Assembly (NCBI GenBank): GCA_964016885.1 | Contig: OZ024742.1 | Location: forward strand, 328,042,001 to 328,106,000 | From: Eledone cirrhosa | Taxonomy: Eukaryota | DNA: 64,000 nt | Reading direction: 5' to 3' | In this document: positions 60,601-64,000 of the stretch, piece by piece | Numbering within the stretch: the first letter of the stretch is position 1 | Layout: the number at the start of each line of letters is the position of its first letter | Translations under genes and position numbers: made by a program | The notes under the pieces: model-generated | The model's input: only the letters and a program-made list of their open reading frames with translations | Told to the model about the DNA's origin: nothing | The model's database searches: none

Positions 60601-63600
60601 GTAGTAGTTGTTTTTGGTGATAGTGTTGGTAAGGTGTTGTTGTAGTAGTTTTTGGTGATATTGTTGGTATGGTGTTGTTGTAGTAGTTCTTTTTGGTGTT
60701 AGTGTTGGTATGGTGTTGTTGTAGTAGTTGTTTTTGATGTTAGTGTTGGTATGGTGTTGTAGTAGTTGTTTTTGGTGATAGTGTTGGTATGGTGTTGTTG
60801 TAGTTGTTTTTGGTGATAGTGTTGGTATGGTGTTGTTGTAGTTGTTTTTGGTGATAGTGTTGGTATGGTGTTGTTGTGGTTGTTGTTTTTGGTGATAGTG
60901 TTGGTATGGTGTTGTTGTAGTAGGTTTTGGTGATAGTGTTGGTATGGTGTTGTTGTGGTTGTTGTTTTTGGTGATAGTGTTGGTATGGTGTTGTTGTAGT
61001 AGGTTTTGGTGATAGTGTTGGTATGGTGTTGTTGTGGTTGTTGTTTTTGGTGATAGTGTTGGTATGGTGTTGTAGTTGTTTTTGGTGATAGTGTTGGTAT
61101 GGTGTTGTTGTAATAGTTTTTGGTGATAGTGTTGGTATGGTGTTGTTGTAGTAGTTGTTTTTGGTGATAGTGTTGGTATGGTGTTGTTGTAGTTGTTTTT
61201 GGTGATAGTGTTGGTATGGTGTTGTTGTGGTTGTTGTTTTTGGTGATAGTGTTGGTATGGTGTTGTTGTAGTTGTTTTTGGTGATAGTGTTGGTATGGTG
61301 TTGTTGTAGTTGTTTTTGGTGATAGTGTTGGTATGGTGTTGTTGTGGTTGTTGTTTTTGGTGATAGTGTTGGTATGGTGTTGTTGTAGTAGGTTTTGGTG
61401 ATAGTGTTGGTATGGTGTTGTTGTGGTTTTTGTTTTTGGTGATAGTGTTGGTATGGTGTTGTAGTTGTTTTTGGTGATAGTGTTGGTATGGTGTTGTTGT
61501 AATAGTTTTTGGTGATAGTGTTGGTATGGTGTTGTTGTAGTAGTTGTTTTTGGTGATAGTGTTGGTATGGTGTTGTTGTAGTTGTTTTTGGTGATAGTGT
61601 TGGTTTTGTGTTGTTGTAGTTGTTTTTGGTGATAGTGTTGGTAAGGTGTTGTTGTGGTTGTTTTTGGTGATAGTGTTGGTATGGTGCTGTTGTAGTTGTT
61701 TTTGGTGTTAGTGTTGGTATGGTGTTGTTGTAGTTGTTTTTGGTGATAGTGTTGGTATGGTGTTGTTGAGGTTGTTTTTGGTGATAGTGTTGGTATGGTG
61801 TTGTTGCAGTAGTTGTTTTTGGTGATAGTGTTGGTATGGTGTTGTTGTAGTTGTTTTTGGTGATAGTGTTGGTATGGTGTTGTTGTAGTTGTTTTTGGTG
61901 ATAGTGTTGGTATGGTGTTGTTGTAGTAGTTGTTTTTGGTGATAGTGTTGGTATGATGTTGTTGTAGTTGTTTTTGGTGATAGTGTTGGTATGGTGCTGT
62001 TGTAGTTGTTTTTGGTGATAGTGTTGGTATGGTGTTGTTGTTGTAGTAGTTGTTTTTGGTGATAGTGTTGGTATGGTGTTGTTGTGGTTGTTTTTGGTGA
62101 TAGTATTGATATGGTGTTGTAGTTGTTGTTTTTGGTGATAGTGTTGGTATGGTGTTGTTGTAGTAGTTGTTTTTGGTGATAGTGTTGGTATGGTGTTGTT
62201 GTAGTAGTTGTTTTTGGTGATAGTGTTGGTATGGTGTTGTTGTGGTTGTTTGTGGTGATAGTATTGGTATGGTGTTGCAGTAGTTGTTTTTGGTGATAGT
62301 GTTGGTATGGTGTTGTTGTAGTTTTTTTTGGTGATAGTGTTGGTATGGTGTTGTTGTGGTTGTTGTTTCTGGTGATAGTGTTGGTATGGTGCTGTTGTGG
62401 TTGTTGTTTTTGGTGATAGTGTTGGTATGGTGTTGTTGTAGTAGTTGTTTTTGGTGATAGTGTTGGTATGGTGTTGTTGTAATAGTTTTTGGTGATAGTG
62501 TTGGTATGGTGTTGTTGTAGTTGTTCTTGGTGATAGTGTTGGTATGGTGTTGTTCTAGTTGTTTTTGGTGATAGTGTCGGTATGGTGTTGTTGTGGTTGT
62601 TGTTTTTGGTGATAGTGTTGGTATGGTGTTGTTGTTGTTGTTGTTTTTGGTGATAGTGTTGGTATGGTGTTGTTGTAGTTGCTTTTGGTGATAGTGTTGG
62701 TATGGTGTTGTTGTGGATGTTGTTTTTGGTGATAGTGTTGGTATGGTGTTGTTGTGGTTGTTTTTGGTGATAGTATTGGTATGGTGTTGTAGTTGTTTTT
62801 GGTAATAGTGTTGGTATGGTGTTGTTGTAGTTGTTTTTGGTGATAGTGTTGGTATGGTGTTGTTGTGGTTGTTGTTTTTGGTGATAGTGTTGGTATGGTG
62901 TTGTTGTAGTTGATTTTGGTGATAGTGTTGGTATGGTGTTGTTGTTTTAGTAGTTGTTTTTGGTGATAGTGTTGGTATGGTGTTGTTGTAGTAGTTTTTG
63001 GTGATAGTGTTGGTATGGTGTTGTTGTAATAGTTTTTGGTGATAGTGTTGGTATGGTGTTGTTGTAGTTGTTTTTGGTGATAGTGTTGTTATGGTGTTGT
63101 TGTAGATGTTTTTGGTGATAGTGTTGGTATGGTGTTGTTGTAGTTGTTTTTGGTGATAGTGTTGGTATGGTGTTGTTGTTGTTTTTGGTGATAGTGTTGG
63201 TATGGTGTTGTTGTTGTTGTTTTTGGTGATAGTGTTGGTATGGTGTTGTTGTGGTTGTTGTTTTTGGTGATAGTGTTGGTATAGTGTTGTTGTGGTTGTT
63301 TTTGGTGATAGTATTGGTATGGTGTTGTAGTTGTTTTTGGTGATAGTGTTGGTATGGTGTTTTTGTAGTTGTTTTTGGTGATAGTGTTGGTATGGTGTTG
63401 TTGTGGTTGTTGTTTTTGGTGATAGTGTTGGTATGGTGTTGTTGTAGTTGTTTTTGGTGATAGTGTTGGTATGGTGTTGTTGTTGTAGTAGTTGTTTTTG
63501 TTGATAGTGTTGGTATGGTGTTGTTGTAGTAGTTTTTGGTGATAGTGTTGGTATGGTGTTGTTGCAGTAGTTGTTTTTGGTGATAGTGTTGGTATGGTGT

Positions 63601-64000
63601 TGTTGTAGTAGTTGTTTTTGGTGATAGTGTTGGTATGGTGTTGTTGTAGTAGTTTTTGGTGATAGTGTTGGTATGGTGTTGTTATAGTAGTTTTTGGTGA
63701 TAGTGTTGGTATGGTGTTGTTGTAGTAGTTGTTTTTGGTGATAGTGTTGGTATGGTGTTGTTGTAGTAGTGATTTTTGGTGATAGTGTTGGTATGGTGTT
63801 GTTGTAGTAGTTTTTGGTGATATTGTTGGTATGGTGTTGTTGTAGTAGTTGTTTTTAGTGATAGTGTTGGTATGGTGTTGTTGTAGTAGTTGTTTTTGGT
63901 GATAGTATTGGTATGGTGTTGTTGTAGTAGTTGTTTTTGGTGATAGTGTTGGTATGGTGTTGTTGTAGTAGTTGTTTTTGGTGATAGTGTTGCTATGGTG
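36655..64000. repeat. G/T-rich satellite array >27 kb; 38-bp base unit GGTGATAGTGTTGGTATGGTGTTGTTGTAGTTGTTTTT with 35/41/44-bp variants
   Basis: Uninterrupted tandem units to the window end; length variants mostly differ by GTT/GTA triplets. Confidence 0.98.

Noticed and set aside
36655-64000. CRISPR-like or canonical telomeric array
   Set aside because: No unique spacers or cas genes, and no TTAGGG units

Overview
AT-rich eukaryotic repeat DNA with no recognisable host protein-coding gene. The SINE and mariner repertoire and the microsatellite density look cephalopod (Octopus-like); this is an inference. 1-23 kb is a nest of (TA)n/(CA)n microsatellites containing 5'-truncated Penelope-like elements (PLEs) with GIY-YIG domains and inverted terminal copies, about a dozen hammerhead-ribozyme motifs, SINEs, a decayed Tc1/mariner transposase and a 28S rRNA-SINE chimera bounded by a 9-bp direct repeat. 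Three full-length ~5.8-kb L1/Tx1-clade retrotransposons from two families all sit in (ATT)n tracts with identical junction phase. One is nested in a PLE terminal repeat (15433-21304). Two are head-to-tail (23624-29470, 29489-35298), and the first of these has an intact 1139-aa APE-RT ORF2. A ~1-kb non-autonomous Helitron follows (35315-36285). From ~36.65 kb to the window end is a G/T-rich 38-bp satellite with kb-scale higher-order duplications. All calls and RNA folds were made by eye, so boundaries are approximate unless junction bases are quoted.
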